DNA of 64,000 nt from Candidatus Nealsonbacteria bacterium (lineage in GTDB: Bacteria > Patescibacteriota > Minisyncoccia > Minisyncoccales > JANBVM01), in the NCBI GenBank assembly GCA_047456315.1, contig CP179889.1, forward strand, positions 128,776 through 192,775, written 5' to 3'. A program made the position numbers and the translations under genes. The notes beneath the pieces were generated by a model. That model searched no databases, was not told where the DNA came from, and worked only from the letters and a program-made list of their open reading frames with translations. How positions within the stretch are numbered: the first letter of the stretch is position 1; every line of letters starts with the position of its first letter. Positions 1 through 9,107 of this stretch are shown one piece after another.

Positions 1-852
1 TTATTTGACCCAAGGTTTAATGTGGTTGTGGGAACCCAAAGAAACCCTGGCAGACAGCCTGGTTCGGCTTTTAAGCCATTTGTTTACGCCACTGCTTTTA
101 AACAAGGCTATGATGATAAATACACTGTTATTGATGAGCCAACTGATTTTGGCCCTTGGGGAAAAGAGGAAGAATATTCACCTCAAAACTATGACGAACT
201 TTTCCGGGGTCCGGTGACCCTAAGGCAGGCCTTGGCTCAATCTTTAAATGTCCCCTCAGTAAAAGTCCTTCTTAATTTAGCTGGATTAAATGAAAGCGTT
301 AAAACTGCCAAAGATCTGGGAATCACCACCCTAAAACCTCATTATGGACCCTCAATTGTACTTGGAGGGTGGGAAGTAAAACTACTGGAAATGGCTTCTG
401 CTTATGGAGTTTTTGCAAATGATGGGTTAAAGGTTCCTCCGGTCTCAATCTTAAAAATAGAAGATTCAAAAGGGAATATTATTGAGCAAAATAAAAAAAC
501 TCCTAAAAGAGTTTTGGAAACGAATGTAGTTAGATTGATTAATAATATCTTGTCAGACAATGATACAAGAGCTCCAATGTTTGGCTCCTCATCTCTGCTT
601 TATTTTAGAGACTTTGATGTAGCTGCTAAAACTGGCACAACTCAAGACTATCGTGATGCCTGGACAATAGGTTATACACCTTCTGCTGTGGTTGGTGTTT
701 GGGCAGGAAATAATAATAATGAATCAATGAAAGAAAAACCAGGAATTGTTCTTGCAGGACCAATTTTCAATAGAATTATGAATAAACTTTTATGGAAATT
801 CCCAAAACAGGATTTCCCAGAGCCAGAAACAACCTTAAGTCAATTTAAGTAG
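1..852 (+). CDS. Class A penicillin-binding protein, transpeptidase module (5' end outside window)
   Basis: The reading frame is open from nt 1; the track ORF 22..852 starts at an internal GTG. It has the SxxK active-site context 'RQPGSAFKPFVY' and a 'KTGTT' motif. Confidence 0.85.
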   Translation, partial: LFDPRFNVVVGTQRNPGRQPGSAFKPFVYATAFKQGYDDKYTVIDEPTDFGPWGKEEEYSPQNYDELFRGPVTLRQALAQSLNVPSVKVLLNLAGLNESVKTAKDLGITTLKPHYGPSIVLGGWEVKLLEMASAYGVFANDGLKVPPVSILKIEDSKGNIIEQNKKTPKRVLETNVVRLINNILSDNDTRAPMFGSSSLLYFRDFDVAAKTGTTQDYRDAWTIGYTPSAVVGVWAGNNNNESMKEKPGIVLAGPIFNRIMNKLLWKFPKQDFPEPETTLSQFK

Positions 853-1969
853 ATTTAATCGGCATTATAATATAAAGATAATCCTCATCTCCTAAAGGTT
901 TTAAGGCAGCAGGACCATCTTCATCTGTTAATTCAAAACTCAGTTTGTCTTTTCTAATTTCTGTTATTCCATCAATTAGAAATCTATGATTAAAAGAAAC
1001 AACAAGATCATCACCCTTAACGTCTCCAATAAAAAAGCTTTTATACTCGCCCAGATCAGGGCTCTGGCTTAAAACCTCAATTTTATTGCTTTTAGGACTG
1101 ATTTTTAATTTAACCTCATTCACCTTGCCACTAAAAAGACTGGCTCCTTTAATTTGATTAAGAAGCTCTTTTTTTTGCACCTGCACCTCTGTTTTATATT
1201 TTTTAGGAATAATCTCTTCATAATTAGGGTATTCTCCGCCAATTAACCTGGAAATAAATTGAATCTGGGGATGATTTACTCCACTCATCATGTACTCAAA
1301 TAATATCTGATTTGGGGAAAAACAAATTTTTAAATCCCCTTGTTTTTCACTAAAAACACTAATAATTTCTTTAGCGGCTGATTGGGGCAATATTAAAGAA
1401 TGCCTTTTTGAAATTTTAGTATCAATAAATATCTTTTTTTCAGCCAATCTAAAACTATCAGTAGCGACCATTTTAATTAAGTTGCTTTCAAAAATAAAAT
1501 ATATCCCTGAAATCTCGGGTCTGGCTGTAGAAACAGAGGGAATATTTATTATTTGAGACAGAGCCTGACAAAAACTAAGGTTATCAATTTTAATAGTTTG
1601 TCCTTCTTTTAACTGGGGAATAATAGGAAATTCTTCCGGATTTATTCCTTTAATTTTTGTTTTATAATTATCACAAACCAAATCCATAATAAAATTTTCT
1701 ATATTTAAACTAATAGGTTTATTGGGTAAAAGATTTAAAAAATTAGAAAGAAATCTTGTTGGAATACAAATTTCTCCTTGTTTTTCAATCTTAACTAATC
1801 CCCACCAATTAATAGCTGATTCTAAATTAGTGGTTGATAGTTTTAAAAAATTCTTTTCTGTTTTTAAAAGAGTATTTTGTAAAACAGGTAAGGTTAATGA
1901 TTTTTGAGAAATTTTTTCAACAATACCAATACCTTCTTTTAGTTTTTCTTTTAATATATTTATTTTCAT
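845..1969 (-). CDS. dnaN: DNA polymerase III beta sliding clamp
   Basis: 374 aa, directly downstream of dnaA on the same strand. Clamp-typical length and C-terminus ('...YLYIIMPIK'). Confidence 0.9.
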   Translation of the reverse strand: MKINILKEKLKEGIGIVEKISQKSLTLPVLQNTLLKTEKNFLKLSTTNLESAINWWGLVKIEKQGEICIPTRFLSNFLNLLPNKPISLNIENFIMDLVCDNYKTKIKGINPEEFPIIPQLKEGQTIKIDNLSFCQALSQIINIPSVSTARPEISGIYFIFESNLIKMVATDSFRLAEKKIFIDTKISKRHSLILPQSAAKEIISVFSEKQGDLKICFSPNQILFEYMMSGVNHPQIQFISRLIGGEYPNYEEIIPKKYKTEVQVQKKELLNQIKGASLFSGKVNEVKLKISPKSNKIEVLSQSPDLGEYKSFFIGDVKGDDLVVSFNHRFLIDGITEIRKDKLSFELTDEDGPAALKPLGDEDYLYIIMPIKST

Positions 1970-2121
1970 TGTTGTTGTTGGCTTTAGTGATTAATTATTG
2001 TTTTTGAATATATTTCATTTGGGGAAAACCCTGTGTATTTCTTTTGGAATTTATTAAGGAAAAGTTTGGGATTATTTAAAGTATTTTTTAATAACGTTTT
2101 TTTACAAAGCTTTTCCACTAT

Positions 2122-3471
2122 TTAAGCACACATTAAACGTTGTTTTATTAGCTCTATTTCTTCGTCTAAACTTTCATTTTTATTAACCTCTTTTGTTATT
2201 TTTTCATAAGCATAAATTGCTGTTGTGTGGTCTTTTCCTCCAAACCTTCTGCCAATAAATGGAAAAGATGCTTTTAATTCTTGCCTTAATAAAAACATAG
2301 CAATTTGCCTTGGCCTGACTATTTCTTTCTTTCTTGAGATTGAAATCAAATCTTTCTCCTTTAAGTCATAAAAATCAGCTACAATTTGAATTATTTTTTT
2401 AGCATTAACATTGCGTGAAGGTGATAAGGCCAGGTTTTTAAGAAGCTTTTTGGCGGTTTTAAGATCAGGATGATTATTATTAAGTTTTTGATAAGCAATT
2501 AAAACATTTAAAGCCCCTTCCAGTTCCCTAATATTTCTTTGAACTTTTGAGCTGATATAATTTAGAATTTCATCTGAAAAATTAACTTCCCGTTCTTGAC
2601 ACTTTGATTTTAATATCGCAATTCTTGTTTCTATGTCCGGAAAAGATATGTCGGTTATCATTCCTCCTTCAAAACGTGACCTTAATCTTTCAGCTAAGGC
2701 TGGAATAGCTTTCGGCGGTCTATCAGAAGAAATAATAATCTGCTTATTCTTTTCATAAAGAGCATTAAAGGTGTAAAAAAATTCTTCCTGAGTTTTTTCT
2801 TTTTTTGTTAAAAACTGAACATCATCTATTATTAAAACATCAATCTTCTGGTATTTTGCTTTTAGTTTTTCAGTTTCTCTATTCCTTATTGATGATATTA
2901 CTTCGGCAACAAATTTACCTGTTGGTATGTATTTAACTTTTTTATCTTTGAAATTTTGAATTATTTCATTGCCAATTGCTTGAAGTAAATGAGTTTTTCC
3001 TAGCCCCACTCTTCCATAAATAAATAATGGGTTATATACTTGCCCTGGTTTTTTTGTTACTGCCCATCCAGCTGCCTGAGCTAATTCATTAAACGGACCA
3101 ACAATAAAATTATTAAAAGTATATCTGGGATTAAGGTTTGTATCTTTATCAACCTTGAATTCCTGGAATTCTAACTGCCCGGTCTCAATAGAAAAAGGAG
3201 CAGTTTTTTTAAGAATATCTGTCTTTGGCTTTCCAACTTCATATTTAATATCTTTTATTTTATTGTCTAGCTCGCGCAAGACTTTGAAAATAGTTTTATT
3301 ATACTTTTGCTCAAGCCATTCCCGGGCAAATGAATTAGGAACAGATACAAAAATACAACCTTCTTTTTGCGAGGTAATCTGTGTGCTTTTAAACCAAGTA
3401 GCAAAACTAGCCGGAGAGATTTGAAGTTGGATTTGGGCTAATACTGCTTGCCAGAGTTCTTCATCATTCAT
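2122..3471 (-). CDS. dnaA: Chromosomal replication initiator DnaA
   Basis: 449 aa. Walker A 'GRVGLGKTHLL', Walker B 'VLIIDDVQF', and the C-terminal DnaA-box-binding region 'RQIAMFLLRQELKASFPFIGRRFGGKDHTTAIYAYEKI'. Confidence 0.97.
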   Translation of the reverse strand: MNDEELWQAVLAQIQLQISPASFATWFKSTQITSQKEGCIFVSVPNSFAREWLEQKYNKTIFKVLRELDNKIKDIKYEVGKPKTDILKKTAPFSIETGQLEFQEFKVDKDTNLNPRYTFNNFIVGPFNELAQAAGWAVTKKPGQVYNPLFIYGRVGLGKTHLLQAIGNEIIQNFKDKKVKYIPTGKFVAEVISSIRNRETEKLKAKYQKIDVLIIDDVQFLTKKEKTQEEFFYTFNALYEKNKQIIISSDRPPKAIPALAERLRSRFEGGMITDISFPDIETRIAILKSKCQEREVNFSDEILNYISSKVQRNIRELEGALNVLIAYQKLNNNHPDLKTAKKLLKNLALSPSRNVNAKKIIQIVADFYDLKEKDLISISRKKEIVRPRQIAMFLLRQELKASFPFIGRRFGGKDHTTAIYAYEKITKEVNKNESLDEEIELIKQRLMCA

Positions 3472-3695
3472 TATATTTCAATTTAATTATTTAATAGGTT
3501 ATTATAACTGTTAGTCAATGGAATGTAAAATAAACATAAAACTTTATGTTTTGTTAAAAATATGAGTAAAAGCTGGGTAAAAACTGTGAATTTGTCATTG
3601 ACAAACAGTCTATTTCAGGGTTTAATTAATGATAAAATTTTTTAAAAAAATATTGACGCAAGTCATATTTAGAGATAAAATAAACGAAATGAAAT
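3472..3695. other. Candidate oriC / divergent promoter region between dnaA and rpmH
   Basis: A 224-nt AT-rich spacer in the canonical dnaA<>rpmH position. It contains the palindrome TTTGTCA-T-TGACAAA (about 3590-3604). I found no perfect TTATCCACA box. Confidence 0.35.
3653..3681 (+). promoter_or_regulatory. Sigma70-like promoter of rpmH-rnpA-yidC-jag
   Basis: TTGACG (3653-3658), 17-nt spacer, TAAAAT (3676-3681), about 15 nt upstream of the rpmH ATG. Confidence 0.5.
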
Positions 3696-3830
3696 ATGTC
3701 AATTACTTATAAGCCAAAAAAGAGAAAAAGGAAGAGAAAACATGGATTTTTTAAAAGAAACAGAACTAAATCTGGTAAGAGAATTTTAAAAAGAAGAAGG
3801 AAAAAAGGTCGTAAGAAAATTACTGTTTAG
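3696..3830 (+). CDS. rpmH: 50S ribosomal protein L34
   Basis: Too short for the ORF track. I translated it by hand as [44 protein letters not shown] (44 aa). It sits in the canonical position before rnpA. Confidence 0.93.
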   Translation: MSITYKPKKRKRKRKHGFFKRNRTKSGKRILKRRRKKGRKKITV

Positions 3831-3834
3831 AAAA

Positions 3835-4176
3835 ATGCTGGCCCAATTAAACCGCTTAAAAAAGAAAAAGGATTTTGAAAAGGTTTTTAAACTGGGTAAA
3901 GGAATAAAACTGGGATTTATTGCATTAAAGATTAACAAGAATAATTTTAAAAATTCTCGTTTTGGTTTTGTAGTTTCTTTAAAGGTTTCCAAAAAAGCTG
4001 TTGTGCGTAATAAGGTTAAAAGAAGATTAAGAGAGATAGTAAGAGCAAGGATTAAAGATATTAAAAAAGGAATTGATGTTGTATTAATAGCTTTGCCTGA
4101 TTCATCCACAAAAGACTTTGAAGAAACGGAAAAATTAGTGGAGAAATTATTTAAAAAAGCAGGGATTTTAATTTAA
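3835..4176 (+). CDS. rnpA: Ribonuclease P protein component
   Basis: 113-aa basic protein directly after rpmH, with an 'AVVRNKVKRRLREIVR' RnpA-type motif. Confidence 0.9.
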   Translation: MLAQLNRLKKKKDFEKVFKLGKGIKLGFIALKINKNNFKNSRFGFVVSLKVSKKAVVRNKVKRRLREIVRARIKDIKKGIDVVLIALPDSSTKDFEETEKLVEKLFKKAGILI

Positions 4177-4178
4177 AT

Positions 4179-4889
4179 ATGAATATATTAGTTGAAATTT
4201 TTAATAAAGTTCTTTATCAGCCATTATTTAATGTGCTGGCTTTTCTTTATCACTGGCTGCCTGGTAATGATTTTGGAATAGCTGTAATTATTCTAACAAT
4301 TTTAATCAGACTGGCTCTTTATCCTTTAATGAGCAAGTCATTAAAATCACAAAAAGTTTTCAGGGAACTTCAGCCAAAAATTAAAGAAATTCAGAAAAAA
4401 TTTAAAGATGACCAGAAAAAACAAACTGAAGAATTATTGAATCTTTATCGGGAAGCAAAGATAAATCCGATTGGTGGATTTTTACCATTACTTATTCAAC
4501 TGCCTCTTTTAATTGCTCTTTATCAGGTTTTCTGGAGAGGGCTTGAGCCAGGAGCAATGAATAGCTTATACAGTTTTATGCCTGTTTTAGGAGAAATAAA
4601 TCCTAGTTTTTTAGGAATTGTGAATCTTTCTCAGGCAAGTATATTTCTAGCAGTTTTAGCAGGTACGGTTCAGTTCTTCCAGGCAAAAACAATGAATCCA
4701 AAGCAAAAAAAACAAAAAAGTCAGATTGCAAATATAATGCAAAAACAAATGTTATATTTCCTGCCACTTTTCACAGTCATAATTCTTCTTCGTTTGCCAG
4801 CAGCTATTGCTCTTTACTTGATTGTTACTTCCTTGTTTTCAATAGCTCAACAATATAATGTTAATAAAAACCATGTTAAATCAAACTGA
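4179..4889 (+). CDS. yidC: Membrane protein insertase YidC/Oxa1 (short form)
   Basis: 236 aa with multiple hydrophobic helices and a conserved 'GIAVIILTILIRLALYPL' segment. Located after rnpA. Confidence 0.88.
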   Translation: MNILVEIFNKVLYQPLFNVLAFLYHWLPGNDFGIAVIILTILIRLALYPLMSKSLKSQKVFRELQPKIKEIQKKFKDDQKKQTEELLNLYREAKINPIGGFLPLLIQLPLLIALYQVFWRGLEPGAMNSLYSFMPVLGEINPSFLGIVNLSQASIFLAVLAGTVQFFQAKTMNPKQKKQKSQIANIMQKQMLYFLPLFTVIILLRLPAAIALYLIVTSLFSIAQQYNVNKNHVKSN

Positions 4890-5334
4890 TTTAGAAATAA
4901 TTAAACAGATTACCAAGGAGTTTTTCAAAAAAACAAGTTTTGACGTAGAGATTGAATTCTTGTCTCAACAAGACTTAATTATTCCTATTAACTTAAGAAC
5001 CGATGAACCTAAAATTCTAATTGGTGAACGAGGCCAAACTTTAGGTGAAATTCAAAGATTATTAAAAGCAATTTTAAGAAGAAGAATTAACCAAGATTTC
5101 TACATTGATTTAGATATTAATGGTTACAAGAAGAGAAAGGTTGAGTATTTAAAAGAATTAGCAAAATCAATTGCCGACGAAGTTTCCTTGATGAAGGAAG
5201 AAAAAGTTCTTCCTTCTATGCCAGCTTATGAAAGAAGAATTATTCATTTAGAATTATCAGAAAGAGAAGGTATTGCTACTGATAGTGTGGGCAGGGATCC
5301 AGATCGTAAGGTTATTATACGACCTTGTCCCTAA
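4858..5334 (+). CDS. jag: Jag/KhpB-type KH + R3H RNA-binding protein
   Basis: R3H region 'ERRIIHLELSEREGIATDSVGRDPDRKVIIRP', in the conserved position after yidC. The start is uncertain: 4858 overlaps yidC, and ATG 4873 is the alternative. Confidence 0.8.
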   Translation: MLIKTMLNQTDLEIIKQITKEFFKKTSFDVEIEFLSQQDLIIPINLRTDEPKILIGERGQTLGEIQRLLKAILRRRINQDFYIDLDINGYKKRKVEYLKELAKSIADEVSLMKEEKVLPSMPAYERRIIHLELSEREGIATDSVGRDPDRKVIIRPCP

Positions 5335-5479
5335 TTAATTACTAAACAAGTTCTAATGTTTAAAGCGTAAATGTTGTTTTTTAGGGTGCGGTTTGACAAA
5401 ACCTTCATCTTTGCTATTCTAGAAACAGTAACCTATGTTAGTCATAGGCATACAATCCATCAAGGAGGTAAATATATCT

Positions 5480-5698
5480 ATGTCAAAAAGAAAACTGCAC
5501 CGTGATAGAGACCGTGAGATAGTGGGTCATACCGATGAAAAGGGAGTCACTCGCGATAAAAGTGGCGATATTACAGGGTCTATTGATAGGCATGGAGTCA
5601 CTCGCGATAAAAGTGGCGATATTACAGGGTCTATTGATAAACACGGAATCCGTCGTGATAAAGACAATGATGTTATAGGATATGACGAAGATTATTAA
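5480..5698 (+). CDS. Small hypothetical protein built from 17-aa tandem repeats
   Basis: ATG at 5480 is preceded by AAGGAGG, so I prefer it to the track start at 5435. 72 aa with repeats of GVTRDKSGDITGSIDxH, followed by a hairpin terminator. Confidence 0.55.
   Translation: MSKRKLHRDRDREIVGHTDEKGVTRDKSGDITGSIDRHGVTRDKSGDITGSIDKHGIRRDKDNDVIGYDEDY
5543..5644 (+). repeat. Direct tandem repeat, 2 x 51 nt (first 46 nt identical), inside the CDS
   Basis: Unit 5543-5593 and unit 5594-5644 are both 'ggagtcactcgcgataaaagtggcgatattacagggtctattgata', then diverge in the last 5 nt. A third, degenerate unit follows. Confidence 0.9.
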
Positions 5699-5718
5699 GC
5701 GGTAATTAATAAAAACCC

Positions 5719-5757
5719 AAACAGATATCATTGTTTAAATGATGCCTGTTTTTTTTG
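5719..5757 (+). terminator. Rho-independent terminator
   Basis: Stem AACAG..ATCATT / AATGAT..CTGTT with an internal 2-nt mismatch, followed by a T-run. Confidence 0.6.
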
Positions 5758-5794
5758 TTTACCTTCTAATGTTATTTAATTAAATAAACGAAAA

Positions 5795-5853
5795 AATAAA
5801 AGAAAAGCCCTAGAGAAAGTTCCCCTATTTTAAAACCAATTATTAAATAGGGC
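5795..5853 (-). terminator. Putative terminator of the T4SS-like operon
   Basis: On the minus strand, AGCCCUA (overlapping the stop codon) pairs with UAGGGCU and is followed by UUUUCUUUUAUUUUUU. An alternative inner pairing, CCCUAUUU/AAAUAGGG, also exists. Confidence 0.4.
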
Positions 5854-6243
5854 TTATAATGGTTCTATATTAAGAATGGTTAGTTCTGGGTTAATTATCT
5901 GTAAAATGAGAAATGAGGCTAATACAATTATTAATCCTAAAATTGCAGATGTGATTATGTCTTTAGCTTCTAAAAGTGTACCCTGGTTGCCAGCTGAACT
6001 CATCCACATAAAACCTCCTCTTACTAACATAATAAAAGCAGAGAGACCAGAAATACTGACAATAAAGTAATATAGCCAGGCAATTATCTCATTTATGTCT
6101 GTGTTCTCTTCTAATGTAAATCCTCCAAACTCTGGATAGGTTAAATTCAACTGTATTCCATCATTACCAAAACAAATACCAGGTGCTAACAATACTGAAA
6201 CTAAAATAATGGTTAATATAGATTTATTTTTTAAAATAAACAT
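5854..6243 (-). CDS. T4SS pilin-like protein (VirB2/TrbC-type; signal peptide + 2 TM)
   Basis: 129 aa. N-terminal signal-like segment, then TM-loop-TM '...MLVRGGFMWMSSAGNQGTLLEAKDIITSAILGLIIVLASFLIL'. Last gene of the VirB4 operon. Four other ORFs in the window share this C-terminal architecture. Confidence 0.65.
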   Translation of the reverse strand: MFILKNKSILTIILVSVLLAPGICFGNDGIQLNLTYPEFGGFTLEENTDINEIIAWLYYFIVSISGLSAFIMLVRGGFMWMSSAGNQGTLLEAKDIITSAILGLIIVLASFLILQIINPELTILNIEPL

Positions 6244-6258
6244 CTTATTTTATTATAC

Positions 6259-6657
6259 TTAACTTTTAAGTTCAGTGTAAATAGTGAATGTCCAAAGAGG
6301 AGCAATGTCGCCAATGGCAGGGATTATTTTTACAGCCAAGTTTTTTCCATATTTTTTTAGAAAACCGCCCATTCCTTTTGACGTTTGTTTGCTCATTTTT
6401 CCTTTTCCTCGCTGAATACCCCCACCTCTAAATATTGACCAGATATTAACAATTATGAAACCAACGACATAAACTATTTTTGAAAGAAGGAGACCTACTC
6501 CTGCAGCTAAAATCAAGACAGCGCAAACTATACTAAGAAAATCAAGCATCATTCCCACACTCATCATTAAAATTCCTTCTGGACTGAGTAAGCTTGTTTT
6601 CTGAGATGGTTGTTGTGCAACCTCTTCGGGAGCTATCTGGTTGGATTGATCTTCCAT
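6259..6657 (-). CDS. Hypothetical membrane protein (T4SS-like locus)
   Basis: 132 aa with two or three hydrophobic helices and a Gly/Lys-rich loop. Tightly packed between the VirB4-like and pilin-like genes. Confidence 0.5.
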   Translation of the reverse strand: MEDQSNQIAPEEVAQQPSQKTSLLSPEGILMMSVGMMLDFLSIVCAVLILAAGVGLLLSKIVYVVGFIIVNIWSIFRGGGIQRGKGKMSKQTSKGMGGFLKKYGKNLAVKIIPAIGDIAPLWTFTIYTELKS

Positions 6658-6659
6658 AA

Positions 6660-8447
6660 TTATTCCTTTTTATTTTTAATTTCTTTAATTCTAGCTGCCT
6701 CCTTGGGGCTGGTAGTAATAATCTGGTCTTCAGTATACGACGCAACTGATTTCATGGCAACATGTTTTTGTCCGGCAAAAAATATTCCCTCACCCACATC
6801 TGCCTCTAAAAGAAGGTATTTTTCTCCCTCTGTTAGATTAAATACTTTTTGCACTATATCAATTGTTGCTGATGACTGTTTCATTATAACTTGCAAAGAT
6901 GAGTTTGTAATAATGGGCTGTCCATAATTTGATTTCATGAAATCATTAACATCCTGGGTTATGGTGGTTACTCCTAACGAATACTTTCTTCCGCGCTTAC
7001 ATATTCCATAAAGAAATGAAGCACCGTCTTCGTTTTGCATTATCCACCAGGCCTCATCAACCAACAGGATTCTTTTTTTAGTTTCAGTTTTTATCTTATT
7101 CCAGATATATCTCATAATAATAAACAATGCTATTGGTCTTAGTTCGTCTTCCATATCTCTGATTCCGAAAACCACAAACGGCTTGTCCATTGTAATATTT
7201 GTCGGCTGGTTAAAGAACTGGGCAAACGTCCCTTTTGTGAATTTTCTGACACGTCTTACCAGTGACTCAGCCCCTTCCATTTGCATTAAAATTTGTTCAA
7301 AGTCATGCATTAGAGGAATCCTTTTCTGCCATGTAGCTGGATCGCTTTCAGGAGTAATGTCTTTGGCAGCATAGGTTTCTGTTAATGCCTGATCAATTAT
7401 TGCATCTTCCTCAGACGTTAAGCCACCCAGCATGATTCTTAAAAGCCCAACTAAGTTTATAACGTTTGAACGCAGAACATCTTCTGGTTTTTCATCTTCT
7501 CTTGGTTCTGGCAGGTCAAAGGGATTAATGTGGCTTAGCGAAGCCAGCGATATATTAAAGAAAGAACCGCCCACAGAATCAGCCAAATATTTGTACTCAT
7601 TTTCAGGGTCTAAAATCATTATATCAATTCCAGTCATTAAGGATCTTAAAATTTCTGTTTTGACAAAATACGACTTTCCTGATCCGCTTTTTCCAAAAAT
7701 TACTGAATTGGCATTTTCCAAACTAAATCTATCAAATAAAATTAAGGAATTATTATGCCTGTTGACTCCATAAAGTATTCCATCATTTGAGCTTAAATCA
7801 AAAGAAATAAAAGGAAAGATTGAAGACAAAGGACCAGTATTCATGCTGTTGTGGATTTGAAGCTGGTCTGTCCCATAAGGAGCAGTAGTATTAAATCCTT
7901 CTCTCTGCTGATAAAGAGAGGGCTTAATGTAAATTAATCTTGATTCTAAAATTGACCTTAAATTAGTTTCGATATCTCTTATCTGCTGGACTGTATCTCC
8001 ATACACTGTTAAATAAACACCAAACTTAAACATTCTTTCCTGGGCAGTTTGCAGGCTGTCTCTTAATGCTTCTAAATCCTGATAAGCAATCTCAAGGGTT
8101 GGGTCTCTAATTAACCCTTTTTCTTCTCTTTCACCAAGCTCAGCTGCTACTTCTGTAACTCTTTTCCTTAATTGTTTTAAGACCAGTCCAGTGTCTATTG
8201 GGTGAACATGAATAGCAACATTCATTGGAGTGTCCATATTAATAATTGGAGAAAACCAGCCAGTGCTTAAATATCTAGGATAAGAGAATATAAAAAAGGA
8301 TTTAGCCAGCTTTCTGCCTAATTTCATGTAGCCCGAGGTCGTTGTAAAAGAAGAAGGCGCTATTATATCTTTCACATCTAAGGCCGGGGATTCGAAAATC
8401 TGTGATGATATTTCTTCCTTCTTTTTTTTAAAAAATGGTAATTTCAT
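6660..8447 (-). CDS. VirB4/TraC-class T4SS ATPase (AAA_10/DUF87-like)
   Basis: 595 aa. Walker A 'FGKSGSGKSY', Walker B 'RILLVDEAWW', and an N-terminal 'YPRYLSTGWFSPII' segment typical of VirB4/TrsE-type proteins. Confidence 0.8.
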   Translation of the reverse strand: MKLPFFKKKKEEISSQIFESPALDVKDIIAPSSFTTTSGYMKLGRKLAKSFFIFSYPRYLSTGWFSPIINMDTPMNVAIHVHPIDTGLVLKQLRKRVTEVAAELGEREEKGLIRDPTLEIAYQDLEALRDSLQTAQERMFKFGVYLTVYGDTVQQIRDIETNLRSILESRLIYIKPSLYQQREGFNTTAPYGTDQLQIHNSMNTGPLSSIFPFISFDLSSNDGILYGVNRHNNSLILFDRFSLENANSVIFGKSGSGKSYFVKTEILRSLMTGIDIMILDPENEYKYLADSVGGSFFNISLASLSHINPFDLPEPREDEKPEDVLRSNVINLVGLLRIMLGGLTSEEDAIIDQALTETYAAKDITPESDPATWQKRIPLMHDFEQILMQMEGAESLVRRVRKFTKGTFAQFFNQPTNITMDKPFVVFGIRDMEDELRPIALFIIMRYIWNKIKTETKKRILLVDEAWWIMQNEDGASFLYGICKRGRKYSLGVTTITQDVNDFMKSNYGQPIITNSSLQVIMKQSSATIDIVQKVFNLTEGEKYLLLEADVGEGIFFAGQKHVAMKSVASYTEDQIITTSPKEAARIKEIKNKKE

Positions 8448-8470
8448 TGATAAATATTTAAATCTTTTAA

Positions 8471-9106
8471 TTACATTGTTAACTCAGGTGGTATATCTGG
8501 ATAATATCCAACCTCAGATTCTTCTGGATGGTATAGGCTCCAGAAAAGTTCAATTAATTCAGTGGTGTTTAAAGGGATAGATTGAAGCCCGCATCTTCTT
8601 AGTCCCAAAGCAACAAATTCCATTCTTTGCCAGAGCTGAGTTCTTGCTCTTTGAAACTTTTCTTCTGTTAAGGATGCGGGTTTTTTCTGCTTTGATTCTT
8701 CGGCAGTTAATTTGTGAAGCTCAATTAAGCTGAAAGGAACAATTACAAAAAACTGCTTTGACATAATTGCTCCGCCTCTGATTAGCTCTCTGATAAACTT
8801 TTGATATTCAGCAATCTGGATTTTTAAAAGTTCATTTCTTTCTTTTGCCTCTAATTCTTTTAATTTCTCTAAATACCCTGTAATGTTCAGCTTTTTTGAC
8901 TGCATAACTATTTCAATAGAAAAATCCAAAGAATTTAAAAAATTCTGAAACTGAAAAATAATGGCATTTTGTTCGTCTTCTGATTTAAGAGCAAAGTTAA
9001 TAGAAGAAACCATAAGGATTCCTCTTAATGCCCTACTTTTCAAAATAACCACTCCTTCTTTAATCTGGTCTATCTCAATAATTTGTTGTGTTGTTCCTTC
9101 TGCCAT
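8471..9106 (-). CDS. Hypothetical protein resembling a VirB4 N-terminal domain
   Basis: 211 aa. 'QIKEGVVILKSRALRGILMVSSINFALKSEDEQNAIIFQFQNFLNSLDFSIEIV' resembles the N-terminal region of Gram-positive VirB4 homologues. It has no Walker motifs. Confidence 0.4.
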   Translation of the reverse strand: MAEGTTQQIIEIDQIKEGVVILKSRALRGILMVSSINFALKSEDEQNAIIFQFQNFLNSLDFSIEIVMQSKKLNITGYLEKLKELEAKERNELLKIQIAEYQKFIRELIRGGAIMSKQFFVIVPFSLIELHKLTAEESKQKKPASLTEEKFQRARTQLWQRMEFVALGLRRCGLQSIPLNTTELIELFWSLYHPEESEVGYYPDIPPELTM

Positions 9107-9107
9107 A

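Noticed and set aside
5543-5644. The 51-nt tandem repeat, considered as a possible CRISPR or minisatellite array.
   Set aside because: There are only two good units plus degenerate flanks and no spacers. The repeat is in frame within an ORF that has an SD and a terminator, so it is a coding repeat.
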